Shown one piece after another: positions 48,713 to 62,855 of a DNA stretch of 64,000 nt. The position numbers and the translations under genes were made by a program. The stretch covers positions 4,453 to 68,452 of the forward strand of contig JBBRBD010000003.1 in NCBI GenBank assembly GCA_038206135.1. The letters run 5' to 3'. The notes below the pieces were generated by a model. That model was not told the DNA's origin and ran no database searches. It worked only from the letters and a program-made list of their open reading frames with translations. The stretch's first letter is position 1. Every line of letters begins with the position of its first letter. This DNA comes from Patescibacteria group bacterium (GTDB taxonomy: Bacteria; Patescibacteriota; Microgenomatia; UBA8517).

Positions 48713-50539
48713 TTAGTTTTTCAGACCTAAGCCTGGGGCACAAGTAGATTCTTGATATTTGAATTGAACAAAGCTTCCAGACGTTGCTAATATGAGTCCT
48801 CCATATTGAGTCAAGCTTCCGGCATCCGAGGTATTTGCTGATGAAATTGTCTGCTTTACAACTCCTCCGTCCACTACGTTTCCATAGACATCTGTGTAGT
48901 AAGTCTGAGACTTTCCCTTGTTATACCACATAAGTGGTCCTGTATATGCTTCTCTTACACATCCTCTGTCCTGAGTCCGATCATCATTGAATTTAAAGAT
49001 TTGAGAACGAGCAAGTGGATCCCATGAATAAATAAGTTTAGTTTTGTCAGCAGGATCCATAACAGTAATTGGATCAAAAACGGCAGTCGACACAACTGCT
49101 GTTGCAACTGGATTCCCTTTATTAACAATACTTAAAGTGTCTAACCAAATTTCATACGGTGAATCAAGCTTACATCCAAGCCCCATGACCGTTCGTGATT
49201 GTCTAGGATCATCACAAATAGTTCCGACGTTCCCTACATCAGCAAGGCCCGCAATATCCATTCGTACACCAGTTGCAGTTCTTACATGAAAATCAAGTGA
49301 ATGGAACTGTGTCGTGAAACGACCGGCTCCTCCAGTACCCATATGGAAACAATAGTAAGTATCCATTAATGCAACTCCACCTTCATTATTAGTCAAACCC
49401 TTGTTTTGAACAAAACACTTAAATCCTACATGAGGCTCATCCATTCCAGCTAAATGTGGAACGTAGTCAAATGGAACTGGTCCTGCATAAATATTACTTT
49501 TTGCTGGATCATCGCCATGCTCGTGTGCAAACGTGCATTTCACGCCTGAGGGTTTTGCAGCGTCTACAGAAACTGTCTGTGGATGCCAAGTGCGGTACAG
49601 CACTCCATCTGGTCCACGAACAACATATCTGTCATGAACATTTGCAGGACAGTTGCCCAAGATATCAACAGAAGTTGCACCATAAATTGCTTCAGTTGAA
49701 GAGATAGGAGAAGCAGTTGGAGACATACTCATCGTAGGCGGCATTGTGGTTGTAGGTGTTGGTGATCCTCCACCGACAATTGGTGATGATGTTGGCCGTA
49801 AACTAGCCGTAGGAGCAACTGTCGCAGTTGCTGTTGGTTTTGCGGTCGCTGTAGGAGTAGGACTCGCAGTCGGTGTACTTGTTGCACCAGCACCAGTTGC
49901 ATACACAACTGTTAACTTCGGAGATTTTCCAGTTGAAGGGTTTCCATAAATGTCTTTTCTTCCCCATTGACCACCGCTCCCTTTTGCAATCAAAGTAATA
50001 AAAGTAGCTCCTTGTGAATTAACGAGCTCTGAAACTGGAGCAGTTACATCAAACGAATAAGTTGTATTTGCATCCCATTTTACGTTGTCTGAATAAGCCA
50101 TATTACTTGAAGTAAGCGTTCTGCTTGAAGGTTTAGAGCCAGAAGAAAAATTTCCGACTTTCGAGGTATCTGCATAAAAAGTAGAAGAAACTGTAATCCA
50201 AGAACCAGTAGCGGTGAACTCCACTTTTGCAGATTTGATCTGAGCATTAGCTGGAATATTACCACCAGTAAAATTCAATCCAAGATATGAGCTAGAAACG
50301 CTTTGTGCGTTCCCATACCATGCTTTATTTGCTCCCATCGTGAGTGTACTTCCATCTTGATTTGCAATAGCGTTCGCGCTTTCAATTGAAAATTGAGTAG
50401 AAGACTCAGAAAGAACTGCTGCATTACTTTTTGAATTAGCTTTGAATTGTGAAGAAAATACTGCAATTCCAACTGAAAGAATGCCGATAACTGCCAGTGC
50501 TGCTAAAGGTAGTGACCCTTTTCGGTTATTTAAACGCAT
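48713..50539 (-). CDS. Secreted hypothetical protein with a Thr/Pro/Ala-rich linker
   Basis: Signal peptide MRLNNRKGSLPLAALAVIGILSVGIAVFSS, the linker TSTPTASPTPTATAKPTATATVAPTAS…, and a Cys-containing C-terminal domain. Confidence 0.5.
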   Translation of the reverse strand: MRLNNRKGSLPLAALAVIGILSVGIAVFSSQFKANSKSNAAVLSESSTQFSIESANAIANQDGSTLTMGANKAWYGNAQSVSSSYLGLNFTGGNIPANAQIKSAKVEFTATGSWITVSSTFYADTSKVGNFSSGSKPSSRTLTSSNMAYSDNVKWDANTTYSFDVTAPVSELVNSQGATFITLIAKGSGGQWGRKDIYGNPSTGKSPKLTVVYATGAGATSTPTASPTPTATAKPTATATVAPTASLRPTSSPIVGGGSPTPTTTMPPTMSMSPTASPISSTEAIYGATSVDILGNCPANVHDRYVVRGPDGVLYRTWHPQTVSVDAAKPSGVKCTFAHEHGDDPAKSNIYAGPVPFDYVPHLAGMDEPHVGFKCFVQNKGLTNNEGGVALMDTYYCFHMGTGGAGRFTTQFHSLDFHVRTATGVRMDIAGLADVGNVGTICDDPRQSRTVMGLGCKLDSPYEIWLDTLSIVNKGNPVATAVVSTAVFDPITVMDPADKTKLIYSWDPLARSQIFKFNDDRTQDRGCVREAYTGPLMWYNKGKSQTYYTDVYGNVVDGGVVKQTISSANTSDAGSLTQYGGLILATSGSFVQFKYQESTCAPGLGLKN

Positions 50540-50589
50540 CTATCTATAGTAATTGAAAACAAAATATAGAGTCAAGACTTGAAGTCTTA

Positions 50590-51669
50590 TTACTTGTAGC
50601 CAATTGGCTTCGAAGTTGTAATTACGAGTCCAAGACTAATTTTGTGATCTCGCTCATTAATTTCTTCGATATATACTTGAATTTCCTGCCCCGTGGTAAG
50701 TTTTGTGCTTGGTGGGATTTTAGTCATATGGATCAAGCCTTCAATGCCAGGTTCAAGTTCAACAAATACTCCAAAATCACTGTTTTTAACAACACTTCCT
50801 TTAAGTCGATCTTCCACATGATATTTTTCTGATACAAGTTCCCATGGATCTGCTAGTGCTTGCTTCATTGAAAGTGCAAGTTTTCCGCTTTCAGTGTTTA
50901 TCGCAACAACTTGAACTTCATCACCTTCAGAAAGCATGTCTGCGGGGTGAACTGTCTTTCCCCATGCAAATTCTGAGACGTGCACTAATCCTTCGACTGG
51001 AGCACCTTCTACTTCGATTTGAACAAAAGCTCCAAATGAGGTTACTGTTGTAACAATTCCTTTATAAACTTTCCCTGACTCGACATGTTTCATGAGTTCC
51101 TTCAACTTCTTTTGATCAACAGCGTCATTTATTGCACGCTCAGACAATACAATTCTGTTTTTAATCGGATCAAGTTCAATAATTTGAACCTTAAAAGTAA
51201 CAGCAGTTGTACTATTTAAGTTTTCTGCGTGTTCAGGGGAAAGCTGCGTTGTCGGAATAAAAGCAGAAAGCCCACTTACCGTTACAGTAATTCCCTTGTC
51301 AGTTACCGTTTGGCCCGTTACCAAAATAGGTTCATTCTTATCAAAAATACGCTGAAGTTCAGTCCACAATTTCTCGTGTGCAGCATGACGCAAGGAAAGA
51401 AGAATTTTCCCGTCTTTTGTTTCTGGATCCATCACAACTGCATGTACTTTATCGCCAGTTTTAAGAGATTTAATTAAATCTTTTCCTTCTCTAAAGTGAT
51501 CGTCGGATACAACTGCTTCACTTTTACCACCAACATCAAAAATAGCTTGTTTTTTGTCCATTGAGACAAATGTTGCTGTAATATGATCAAACTTTTTGAA
51601 GCCTCGGAATCCGCTTGCATGTGCAAGCAAATCTTCCATTGTTAAATTTTTAGTGGGTTGTGTAGACAA
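50590..51669 (-). CDS. rpsA: 30S ribosomal protein S1 (short, 4 S1 domains)
   Basis: Four repeats of the S1 OB-fold pattern (G.vv.G.V..v..fGaFV.l..g..GL.H.S). Confidence 0.7.
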   Translation of the reverse strand: MSTQPTKNLTMEDLLAHASGFRGFKKFDHITATFVSMDKKQAIFDVGGKSEAVVSDDHFREGKDLIKSLKTGDKVHAVVMDPETKDGKILLSLRHAAHEKLWTELQRIFDKNEPILVTGQTVTDKGITVTVSGLSAFIPTTQLSPEHAENLNSTTAVTFKVQIIELDPIKNRIVLSERAINDAVDQKKLKELMKHVESGKVYKGIVTTVTSFGAFVQIEVEGAPVEGLVHVSEFAWGKTVHPADMLSEGDEVQVVAINTESGKLALSMKQALADPWELVSEKYHVEDRLKGSVVKNSDFGVFVELEPGIEGLIHMTKIPPSTKLTTGQEIQVYIEEINERDHKISLGLVITTSKPIGYK

Positions 51670-51778
51670 AGTTCATTTTCCTCGCTTTCTATATTAAGTA
51701 CGAGTAGTATACGGCAAAAGGAAAATCTATGCAACAAAAAAAAGCGCTAAGGTTAATTAGCGCTTTCAAATCTAAAAC

Positions 51779-53068
51779 TTAGCTTGTTTCAGACAAAACT
51801 GCAAAAATATCATCTTTCTCCTCTTTAGGCCTATTGGCGACAATATCATCGTAGATTTTTCTCCAAGTTATCATTGCTTTCATTGAGAAATGGCCAACTA
51901 ACAGAGAAAACAATAATACAAGCATTATTTCTGTTGTAGAAACAACGCTCAGAGTAACAGCCATTACAAGCACAAACGGAACAAGAATAAGGAGAACTAC
52001 AACAACTGCCTCTACCAACGGCTTGTATTTCAAATGCTTAAAACCCCAATTAGAAACATCTGTGACGACCACAAACGAGCCGACTATCGTCAAAAACATT
52101 CCAATTTCGGGCAAATGACTCTCAATTTGAGGATCGACCACAACTAAAGGGGCCCAATCCGGAAAATACGGGTAGATAACAGCGCTCATGGTAAAAAGAC
52201 CCAAATACAGAAGCATCACTATGCCTATATCCTTGGTTTTCATAGCCGGTTCACGCAAGTAATCGGTTGGGTTGTCCTTCCCCATCGTTTTGATAAACCC
52301 AATCACCATGAACAACAAAAAGAAAATAATCAGTTCAAAACGAAAGGATTGCAAAAAAGCATGAACAAGTACAATCACACTGACAACAACCATAATGGCT
52401 GCTACATACTTTTCTTTTTCCTCTCTCAGTGAGGCCATCATGCTCAGGTATATACGACCACCGTCTAATCCTCCAAGCGCAATCATATTGAATAAAACGA
52501 GGTTCAAATTAAAACCTGCAAGCATCAGATATGCCATCACGTTTTGGGAATCAACAATTGCCAGAAACCACCAAAAAATCGCCATCATGAAACTCCCGAA
52601 TGGTCCGAGAAGCAGCATAATTGACTTGTCCCAATGCTTCATTTTGTTGTAATTGGTGTCTGCCGTGACTGCTGCAGCACCAAGAAAGCCAATGAATACA
52701 ATGTAGAATGGCACCTTTGCCCTCATATATCCGTAACCATGAAACAATTCGTGAACCAATAGGCTCAGTAAAAATGCGAGTGCAATTTCAACCCGACCAC
52801 CAATAAATGGAATGAGTGTCAGGAAGCTCACACAGAGGGACCCAATAAGCACCATTCCCCACTTATTAGATGGTTCATCTCCAGCCCAATGGCACACTAA
52901 ATTAATGATGGTAAATATTGGACGAAATGGCGCAGAAAGCACATATGCCACAGGCCTGAGAATTACAACTCGGAGCGTAATCCACACAAGCATGACGACA
53001 ACCCACACAATTCTAAGTGGCAGTAGCCAAACACTTTCTAAAAACTTTGGAGCATGAAGTATATTCAC
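51779..53068 (-). CDS. M50 family site-2 protease-like zinc metalloprotease (membrane-embedded)
   Basis: HExxH within a TM segment (LLVHELFHGYG) and the LDGG motif (MIALGGLDGGRIY). The protein is polytopic. Confidence 0.65.
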   Translation of the reverse strand: MNILHAPKFLESVWLLPLRIVWVVVMLVWITLRVVILRPVAYVLSAPFRPIFTIINLVCHWAGDEPSNKWGMVLIGSLCVSFLTLIPFIGGRVEIALAFLLSLLVHELFHGYGYMRAKVPFYIVFIGFLGAAAVTADTNYNKMKHWDKSIMLLLGPFGSFMMAIFWWFLAIVDSQNVMAYLMLAGFNLNLVLFNMIALGGLDGGRIYLSMMASLREEKEKYVAAIMVVVSVIVLVHAFLQSFRFELIIFFLLFMVIGFIKTMGKDNPTDYLREPAMKTKDIGIVMLLYLGLFTMSAVIYPYFPDWAPLVVVDPQIESHLPEIGMFLTIVGSFVVVTDVSNWGFKHLKYKPLVEAVVVVLLILVPFVLVMAVTLSVVSTTEIMLVLLFSLLVGHFSMKAMITWRKIYDDIVANRPKEEKDDIFAVLSETS

Positions 53069-53208
53069 GAAATCACCCCTCTTTAAATGTAAAAGGACAA
53101 GAATTACTACGATATTCTAGTGTAATATTTCAATATTATCAAGCTATGGGGTTTAAAGGACATAAAAAAACGCTGCATGTACAGCGTTTTTAGTTTTTTT
53201 GCCTAAGT

Positions 53209-53574
53209 CTACATTCTATGAAAAATAGGCCAAGATAAGATGGAACTTACAAAACTGACAACACAGATAATCACTGCTGATACGAATGGTGATATATTAC
53301 CACCATGTTCGATTCCTATTCTCTTAGCCTCTTGCAATATCCACTCGGAACTCGATGTTTGCAAAGACAGAGAAAAAACAATATAACTGATCAAAGCAAC
53401 GCCCCATGCACTGGCAAAACAAATGAGAATATGGGTTCGAAACTTAATTTCAAATTCAAACTGATTATCGGCGAGATGCCAATCCTTAACCAAAATTTCC
53501 AAGCCACTAATACCAATCGACAATATAAAACCAATCACAATTGCCAATACAATTGTCATTGCAGTCTCATTCAT
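53209..53574 (-). CDS. Small membrane protein, hypothetical
   Basis: 121 aa with 3-4 predicted TM helices. Confidence 0.4.
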   Translation of the reverse strand: MNETAMTIVLAIVIGFILSIGISGLEILVKDWHLADNQFEFEIKFRTHILICFASAWGVALISYIVFSLSLQTSSSEWILQEAKRIGIEHGGNISPFVSAVIICVVSFVSSILSWPIFHRM

Positions 53575-53708
53575 TTTTAGACCCCTTAAATACTTAACTA
53601 TCTTTCTACACTGTGTATACTATAGCATAAAAGGAGTGAATAGTCAATATTATAGGTTCAGACGTGGTATACATTGAAGAACTAAACTAGTAACTTTGAA
53701 TCCAAAAT

Positions 53709-53830
53709 TGTCCCGGCAATGACCTATTCTCACACTCAGTTGCCCGAGCACTACCGTCGGCGCTGACGCGTTTCACTTCTCTGTTCGGAATGGGAAAAGG
53801 TGGTTCCACATCGCACTGATCACCGAGACA
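53709..53830 (-). rRNA. rrf: 5S ribosomal RNA
   Basis: The reverse complement aligns with bacterial 5S rRNA (…ctaccgtcggcgctgacgcgtttcacttctctgttcggaatggga…, cf. E. coli CTACCATCGGCGCTACGGCGTTTCACTTCTGAGTTCGGCATGGGG). Confidence 0.8.
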
Positions 53831-53943
53831 GTTTTGAATTCAAAATAAACTATAAAAGAACACTAATCTTATTTCTAAAAAATTTGTGCTCTAAAAGCTC
53901 AAGGAGAAAGGTCCGTAAGTCATTTTCGACTGATTCGTACATT

Positions 53944-57395
<3,452 letters not shown>

Positions 57396-57488
57396 TCCTT
57401 TGAGCTGTTAAAGTACAAACCTTTTTAGAAATAAATGAAAATAAAAGAAAAACTTCTCTTTCACTTTCATATACTTCTAATCACTAAC

Positions 57489-57565
57489 TGGTGGACCTGA
57501 AGGGACTCGAACCCTTGGCCTCATCATTGCAAATGATGCGCTCTAGCCAACTGAGCTACAGGCCC
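57489..57565 (-). tRNA. tRNA-Ala (anticodon TGC), CCA encoded
   Basis: Reverse complement: GGGCCTGTAGCTCAGTTGGCTAGAGCGCATCATTTGCAATGATGAGGCCAAGGGTTCGAGTCCCTTCAGGTCCACCA. It has a cloverleaf with the G3:U70 alanine identity pair, anticodon loop TTTGCAA, and a GTTCGAGTC T-loop. Confidence 0.9.
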
Positions 57566-57850
57566 AGAACGACTTCATTTTCTTGGGCATTACGAAAACA
57601 CAAAATGTGCAAAAAAAGTGCTGACGCCCTATACGTCAACGAAAGAACTATCAAACTATTTGGATGAGGGATTTCTTGGGCTGCAAGCGTATTAGACTTG
57701 AGCTAAGGGCATACCAACAAAAAGAAATGTCATCTGTTCGTAAAGGTAGAAGTATTATAGAGCCTTGTTTCTGGTAATTCAAGTGGAGTCTAAAAAGAAG
57801 AGTTCCCGCCTGTGTTTCAGGCGGGAAATGGAACTGTTTACCAACACTAT

Positions 57851-58045
57851 CTAATAATTCATAAAAAAGTCCTCTAAGACAACAGCTACTGCAAAGCCAA
57901 GAACCTCACAGGCGGAAACTACAAATAAGACAAGTCCTACTGTCTGCTCTTGAACTGGAATCAAGCTTGCCAAAAAGACGCATGGAACAATTGCAAACAT
58001 TGTTCCAAAAAACATGCGATGCATTACAACGTCCAGATATGACAT
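57851..58045 (-). CDS. Small (64 aa) two-TM membrane protein, hypothetical
   Basis: A hydrophobic ORF between the tRNA and a glycosyltransferase gene. Support is weak. Confidence 0.25.
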   Translation of the reverse strand: MSYLDVVMHRMFFGTMFAIVPCVFLASLIPVQEQTVGLVLFVVSACEVLGFAVAVVLEDFFMNY

Positions 58046-58096
58046 GTGATTCTCCTGCTGTAATCGAGTAAGAATTTGTATAAGGATTATACAGCA

Positions 58097-59332
58097 CTAT
58101 AGGAGATTACTCAATGTTTTCCAAAAATATTCTGCACCTCTCGAAGAGATTTCATTAGTCGTTTGGATTTCTGAAGCATATCCTTTCATGAAAGTCCCAT
58201 CGCTCAGGTTTTGTGCAATTTTTTCAGCAGCAACACCTGGATCGTTAGATAACAGGAACGCTCGCTTATCCATCAATCCATTTCGCTTAAGGAAACTCAT
58301 ATTGTCATATTCTTGCCGCCCCACAGGCTCTGCAAGTAAAAGGGTCACTCCACCGACTCGATCTCTCGAAATTAACGCCTTAAAACTTTGCTCACTCGGT
58401 TTTGTTATTTCAAATGCAATTGTAGTTGAGCACAATAAATCGTTGTAGTACTTCACAATTTCTCTATCATGATTTGAAGTAATTAGAGAGACGTAATGTC
58501 TTCTACCTAGCTTTACAAGAAACGGATGAGTGTACATGCTTTCTCGACTGACTATATAAAAGTAAAATCGAGGGTTTTTACGATACAAGCTACTCATAAG
58601 CTCATCCATATAATCGAGGTTTACCGCAGCCCCTGAAATTGGCACGCACACTTGGATTCGATCATTTGATTTTGGATCGTGCTGTTCCCGCCTCACACGA
58701 GCTTGTTTTAAACTTAATGACTCTGTAAGTCGTGGGCTGAGCGGGTATGGTAGTACCGCAAACGGTACTGATCTTAGTCCACCTCGTTTTCCATATAACT
58801 CGAGTGCACGCTTTGTTTCGAAGCTTGGAACAGTAATAAGGTCTGCTCCTTCTACATACCAAACCTTTTGAGGACTATCATCTGTTACGACAACGACAAG
58901 CACGATTTTTACGCCAAGCTTCCGAGACAACGCTTCTTTGGCTCCCGCAATTTGGTGTGCAAGCCCAAAGTGAGTTGCAACTATCACCACAGTCTTCACC
59001 ACGTTAAATTCCTGCTCAATAAGCGTTAATATTTCATGCTCAATTCCAGTGTGACTTAACCTCAAAAACAAGCGATAGCTTCGGGTGAAAACTTCTTCGG
59101 GCAGGCCATTTTGAGACCATTCTAATATCGAACGTGTAAAAGGGTGCAAACTAGTTAATCGGTGGAGAGTTGAGGCTGTTTGATCATGAGTACGCAGTAA
59201 ATGAGGGTATACTCCCTTTGTAGCAGCCTCAAACAACGCATTAGTCACCCGTAAATGCCCAAGTCCAGTTGACGCATACGCTAGAATAATTTCAACAGAA
59301 GGATCAGTTAACGGGACGGAAGACTTGGGCAT
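58097..59332 (-). CDS. Glycosyltransferase, GT28/MGDG-synthase-like (UgtP/MurG-fold) candidate
   Basis: The N-terminal ILAYASTGLGHLRVTNAL resembles the MGDG_synth/UgtP N-domain G-x-G-H motif. There is a Rossmann-like alternation over ~410 aa. The assignment is tentative. Confidence 0.4.
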   Translation of the reverse strand: MPKSSVPLTDPSVEIILAYASTGLGHLRVTNALFEAATKGVYPHLLRTHDQTASTLHRLTSLHPFTRSILEWSQNGLPEEVFTRSYRLFLRLSHTGIEHEILTLIEQEFNVVKTVVIVATHFGLAHQIAGAKEALSRKLGVKIVLVVVVTDDSPQKVWYVEGADLITVPSFETKRALELYGKRGGLRSVPFAVLPYPLSPRLTESLSLKQARVRREQHDPKSNDRIQVCVPISGAAVNLDYMDELMSSLYRKNPRFYFYIVSRESMYTHPFLVKLGRRHYVSLITSNHDREIVKYYNDLLCSTTIAFEITKPSEQSFKALISRDRVGGVTLLLAEPVGRQEYDNMSFLKRNGLMDKRAFLLSNDPGVAAEKIAQNLSDGTFMKGYASEIQTTNEISSRGAEYFWKTLSNLL

Positions 59333-59724
59333 AAATCATTGTAACCTAACTAATACAACCGATAATAGGTACTTGACAATTTCAGATTATGGGGTATACT
59401 TTATCTAGAGTTAAGTAAGAGCAGCAGAGAGGAATAAAAGAATATAGGTCTTGACAATTAGCACTCTCTGGTATACACTGCTAATATCTTCAGTTAAGTT
59501 ACTTCTTAGTACAGCTAAGGTTCACCGGTTCTGGTTAGACGGGGAGCTATAAAAATAAAAAATTATAATCCCCCGTCTGGGCAGTACAAAGCTCAGAGAC
59601 TAGAGATATGACTTGCTAATTGCAGCTTAAACCATATCTCGCACATTAAAAAAAACTAGAAGAGAGAGAAACTTTCACAAGCTTGGATAGTGAGGCGTGA
59701 AGGAGCAAGAGGCTTCGAATCAAT

Positions 59725-60735
59725 TTGATTTGGGCGTCTTACTCCTCTCGCGCCTCATTAAGCACAAAGCTTGTGACAAGTCGACAGGCCACAAGCCAGA
59801 TCGAAACCGGCGCACCCGTTCTTATAATGTTAGAGGAGAAAAAGATTGTGAAGAGCTTACTAAAGTACGGAATAGTCGGGATCATCGTATCGATGTTTTT
59901 TGCATTGCCAATCGTGAATCCACTATTGGCTGTTCAATTGGGTCAGGCTCACTCAGTGGGAGCTTGGCACGGGAGCACTACTCCAACTTCCGATTGCGGA
60001 GGATGGATTGTCGAAGTAGATACGACATGGTCAGGCTATGTCGGAAGCATCGACAGTTCTTCGAACTTAACCGGCAGTTGGACAGATGGTCAAACATCCG
60101 TTAACTGGTCAGTTACTGTTCGTTGGGCAACTGGCGAAACCTGGAGCGATAGCGGCACCATTAGCAAAATGGGTGATTGCACACCCCAGGTTCTTACTCG
60201 TGAAGCGTCAAAGTGCGATGGCACTACCTACGTTTCATGGAAAGAACAAAGTACTGATGGTGGAAAAACATGGACGAAGGTCGATGGAATCGAAAATCGT
60301 GAGGAAAATTCCACAAAGTGTGGATATGTTCCTCCGACCAAGCCTACAGGACATTGGTGTTTGGAATGCCAGAAGGTAACCGTTCCTCCACAATCTACTG
60401 ATTGTGTCTTCCCATTGGGAGGGACAGTTCTTTCAGTGAAAGACGGCAAGTCAGACGTTGCATTCAATCAGATGCCTTGGGGAATTCAGTTCACGGACGG
60501 AGATCGCATGAATGCGAAACCCGTTTTGAATTATGAAATGTCCACAGGCGAGAAGATAACAATGCAAATGACACCCGGTGTCACCTATGATCCAGATCGT
60601 AAAGGTTGCTACATGGCAACGTCTTCCTTCCACCCGGAAGGATTCAAGGCAGGTTCAATTCTGCAAATCACCAGCGCCAACGGTGCAGGTGACCCATGTG
60701 TCTACGTTTTAGTTTGGGTTGAAGACAAACCCTAA
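59725..60735 (+). CDS. Membrane-anchored or secreted Cys-containing hypothetical protein (likely start near 59830, MLEEKKIVKSLLKYGIVGIIVSMFFALP)
   Basis: A TM/signal-anchor is followed by a 270-aa hydrophilic domain with 10 Cys. The overlapping alternative-frame ORF 59697..60104 is less coding-like. Confidence 0.45.
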   Translation: MIWASYSSRASLSTKLVTSRQATSQIETGAPVLIMLEEKKIVKSLLKYGIVGIIVSMFFALPIVNPLLAVQLGQAHSVGAWHGSTTPTSDCGGWIVEVDTTWSGYVGSIDSSSNLTGSWTDGQTSVNWSVTVRWATGETWSDSGTISKMGDCTPQVLTREASKCDGTTYVSWKEQSTDGGKTWTKVDGIENREENSTKCGYVPPTKPTGHWCLECQKVTVPPQSTDCVFPLGGTVLSVKDGKSDVAFNQMPWGIQFTDGDRMNAKPVLNYEMSTGEKITMQMTPGVTYDPDRKGCYMATSSFHPEGFKAGSILQITSANGAGDPCVYVLVWVEDKP

Positions 60736-60970
60736 CTCTCTCTTCCTGTCAGCAAGGTTTTTGCAAAATGCGATTTATCGTTTTGCGGTAAAGCTTCGCG
60801 TTGAGCAATTCCTTGACTGACAGTTTATATAAAGCATAAGGGGAATACAACGGTATTCCCCTTCATTAATGAAATCATTTGTTTTCAAGTGATTTGATTA
60901 TTGAATTAATTAGATTAAAAAAACACCCCTCTTCACTAACCAGAAAGGGGTGTTTTTGTGTCTGAAAAAG

Positions 60971-61210
60971 TTAACTAACACTAAAGCGTATTCTGTCAGT
61001 TGTTCGACGAAACTGCATAGGTAACCACTTCACCTTTCTCTCAAGATATAAATTACGCTTTTCGTGTGATGCGATCTTCTTTTCCAGATGCAAATTTTGT
61101 GTCTGTGAATTTGATATCTCTAGATCTTTGACAACTGCATATGTTGCAAAGATCATAAGAAACCAGAGACCAACTCCACAAATTAAAGCCACTACTCCAA
61201 CTGGATCCAT
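60971..61210 (-). CDS. Small bitopic membrane protein with a coiled-coil (FtsB/DivIC-like architecture)
   Basis: An N-terminal TM helix (VVALICGVGLWFLMIFATYAVV) followed by a heptad-like stretch (LEISNSQTQNLHLEKKIASHEKRNLYLERKV). Confidence 0.3.
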   Translation of the reverse strand: MDPVGVVALICGVGLWFLMIFATYAVVKDLEISNSQTQNLHLEKKIASHEKRNLYLERKVKWLPMQFRRTTDRIRFSVS

Positions 61211-61282
61211 TTGGCATCCTCCTTATATATAAAGCCCCAATAGATGAGCTATTTTAACATAGTGGGAAGAAATAATTGTGGG

Positions 61283-62815
61283 TTACCTTGTCACTTTAAT
61301 TGGAGTTTTTGGATCTAGTTCAGACTGAGCTTCTGCTTGAAGCCTTCCTGTTGCATCTGTGTATATTGTGTATTTGTGGTCATCATCTGTTCCTGTTAAC
61401 GGATCTTTTGGAATTATTGCTGTATAAGTTGGAGCAACTGCATATCCTTCAACACCCGCGTTTGCTAAGTCAAAACAGGAGGGGCCTGTTCCGATACAAG
61501 TCGCTTTTGTCGGAAAAGGCTTACTTCCAATAGCTGGTAACGTTCCGTTGTGGTCTGCCGCATATTGATAAATTGCGCTGGTAATGTTTAGAAGATCTGC
61601 TCTTCGTTGAGTGTCTCTCGCCTGTTCAATTTGTCTCGGTTCAGTAACAAGGTGCTCAGTCACTGAACCCATTGCACTGGTAAGTTCACTAAAAACATCT
61701 TGCCATGACTTGCTATCCGTTGGAATTTCAACAGGATCAGACTTTCCAAAATCAGAAAGTTTCATGACCGCCGCAACTTGAAAATCTGTTGAGGCAATCC
61801 CAGGTACCATTGAAAGTGCAGGAGTTAAAAGAGATCCATTCCCTTTTGAACCAAAGCTCAAAGTCACTTTACGAACAATGTATGTGCTTTTATCAACATA
61901 CACATCAAAATTAAAATCCTTTAATGAATCAAGCCATGAGCTACTTTGGGCTTTAACTTTGTCATCATCTGTGCCAAATTCTGCAACATACGCATTTACA
62001 AATTCAGCGTCAACAGTTGGGTGTAACTTATAAACGATATTGCCATCAAGAGTATCTGTGGTGAGCGCAATTTTAGACATTAACATTTTGTTATTTAAAA
62101 ATTGAGTTGCAGCTTCTGCAGGAGATTGGGCTGCTTTTGCATTAGCTTCTTCGGAAAGTTTTCGAGCTTCAGTGTCCAATGAATTTGAGTCCCACACAAT
62201 CCACTTTGAAAAAGCATTTGTCCACGTTTCCTCAGGGATCTGAATGAATGAAGAGATTAACTTTGACGGGAAGGTGTTTACCTTCGCATAGATCTTTTTA
62301 TCAGCTGATTTCAGGTCTGCTGCGAAAAGACTTCCCACTTCTAGGGAAAGGGATGACTTTACGTTGTTTACATCAGTGCGGTCTACTGTGCCTTTTAATG
62401 AAGCATCCATATTGTTTGACCCAGAAATAGTAAGCAGAGACGGAGATGTAAGTGCAACACTCGCGTCGAGTGACATCGTCTTAACCTCAGTCGTGGCAAT
62501 GGCCGATTTCTCGATTACATATGTTGCAGTTTTAGGAAGAAATGGTATAGACATGACCGCATCTCTGATGGCCATTTGCACTTTGGCGTTGCCTACAGTT
62601 ATTTTGTCATATGCAATCATTGAAGCTGCAACTCCACTTCCACCTACTAACAAAAACAAGATAAGGACACCAATAAGGACACCAACTTTACTTACTCCTT
62701 TTTTGGGCATTGGAACTGGCGCAATTTCTGGAATAGGTGTTTGTTGTGTTTCGCCCGTTGCAACAGGGACCCCGACTTGTGACGTTACAAATGTTTGTTG
62801 ATTATCCTGATTCAC
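61283..62815 (-). CDS. Membrane-anchored hypothetical protein with a C-terminal pilin-like motif
   Basis: Signal-anchor VLIGVLILFLLVGGSGVAASMIAY. Near the C-terminus, EQARDTQRRADLLNITSAIYQYAADHNGTLPA resembles the conserved post-helix motif of type IV pilins/pseudopilins (RD.QR..DL..I..AL..Y..dnG.YP). It is not at an N-terminus. Confidence 0.45.
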   Translation of the reverse strand: MNQDNQQTFVTSQVGVPVATGETQQTPIPEIAPVPMPKKGVSKVGVLIGVLILFLLVGGSGVAASMIAYDKITVGNAKVQMAIRDAVMSIPFLPKTATYVIEKSAIATTEVKTMSLDASVALTSPSLLTISGSNNMDASLKGTVDRTDVNNVKSSLSLEVGSLFAADLKSADKKIYAKVNTFPSKLISSFIQIPEETWTNAFSKWIVWDSNSLDTEARKLSEEANAKAAQSPAEAATQFLNNKMLMSKIALTTDTLDGNIVYKLHPTVDAEFVNAYVAEFGTDDDKVKAQSSSWLDSLKDFNFDVYVDKSTYIVRKVTLSFGSKGNGSLLTPALSMVPGIASTDFQVAAVMKLSDFGKSDPVEIPTDSKSWQDVFSELTSAMGSVTEHLVTEPRQIEQARDTQRRADLLNITSAIYQYAADHNGTLPAIGSKPFPTKATCIGTGPSCFDLANAGVEGYAVAPTYTAIIPKDPLTGTDDDHKYTIYTDATGRLQAEAQSELDPKTPIKVTR

Positions 62816-62855
62816 AGCTCTATCTTAGCAAAATAATTTATCTTTTGCGACAATA

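Noticed and set aside
57600-59340. Expected 16S rRNA / tRNA-Ile upstream of tRNA-Ala–23S
   Set aside because: The region is occupied by protein-coding ORFs (a small membrane protein and a glycosyltransferase). No 16S-like conserved blocks are present.
59697-60104. 135-aa ORF overlapping 59725..60735 in another frame
   Set aside because: The alternative frame (59725..60735) is much longer and has a TM anchor plus a Cys-rich domain. The shorter ORF is Arg/Ser-rich and looks non-coding.
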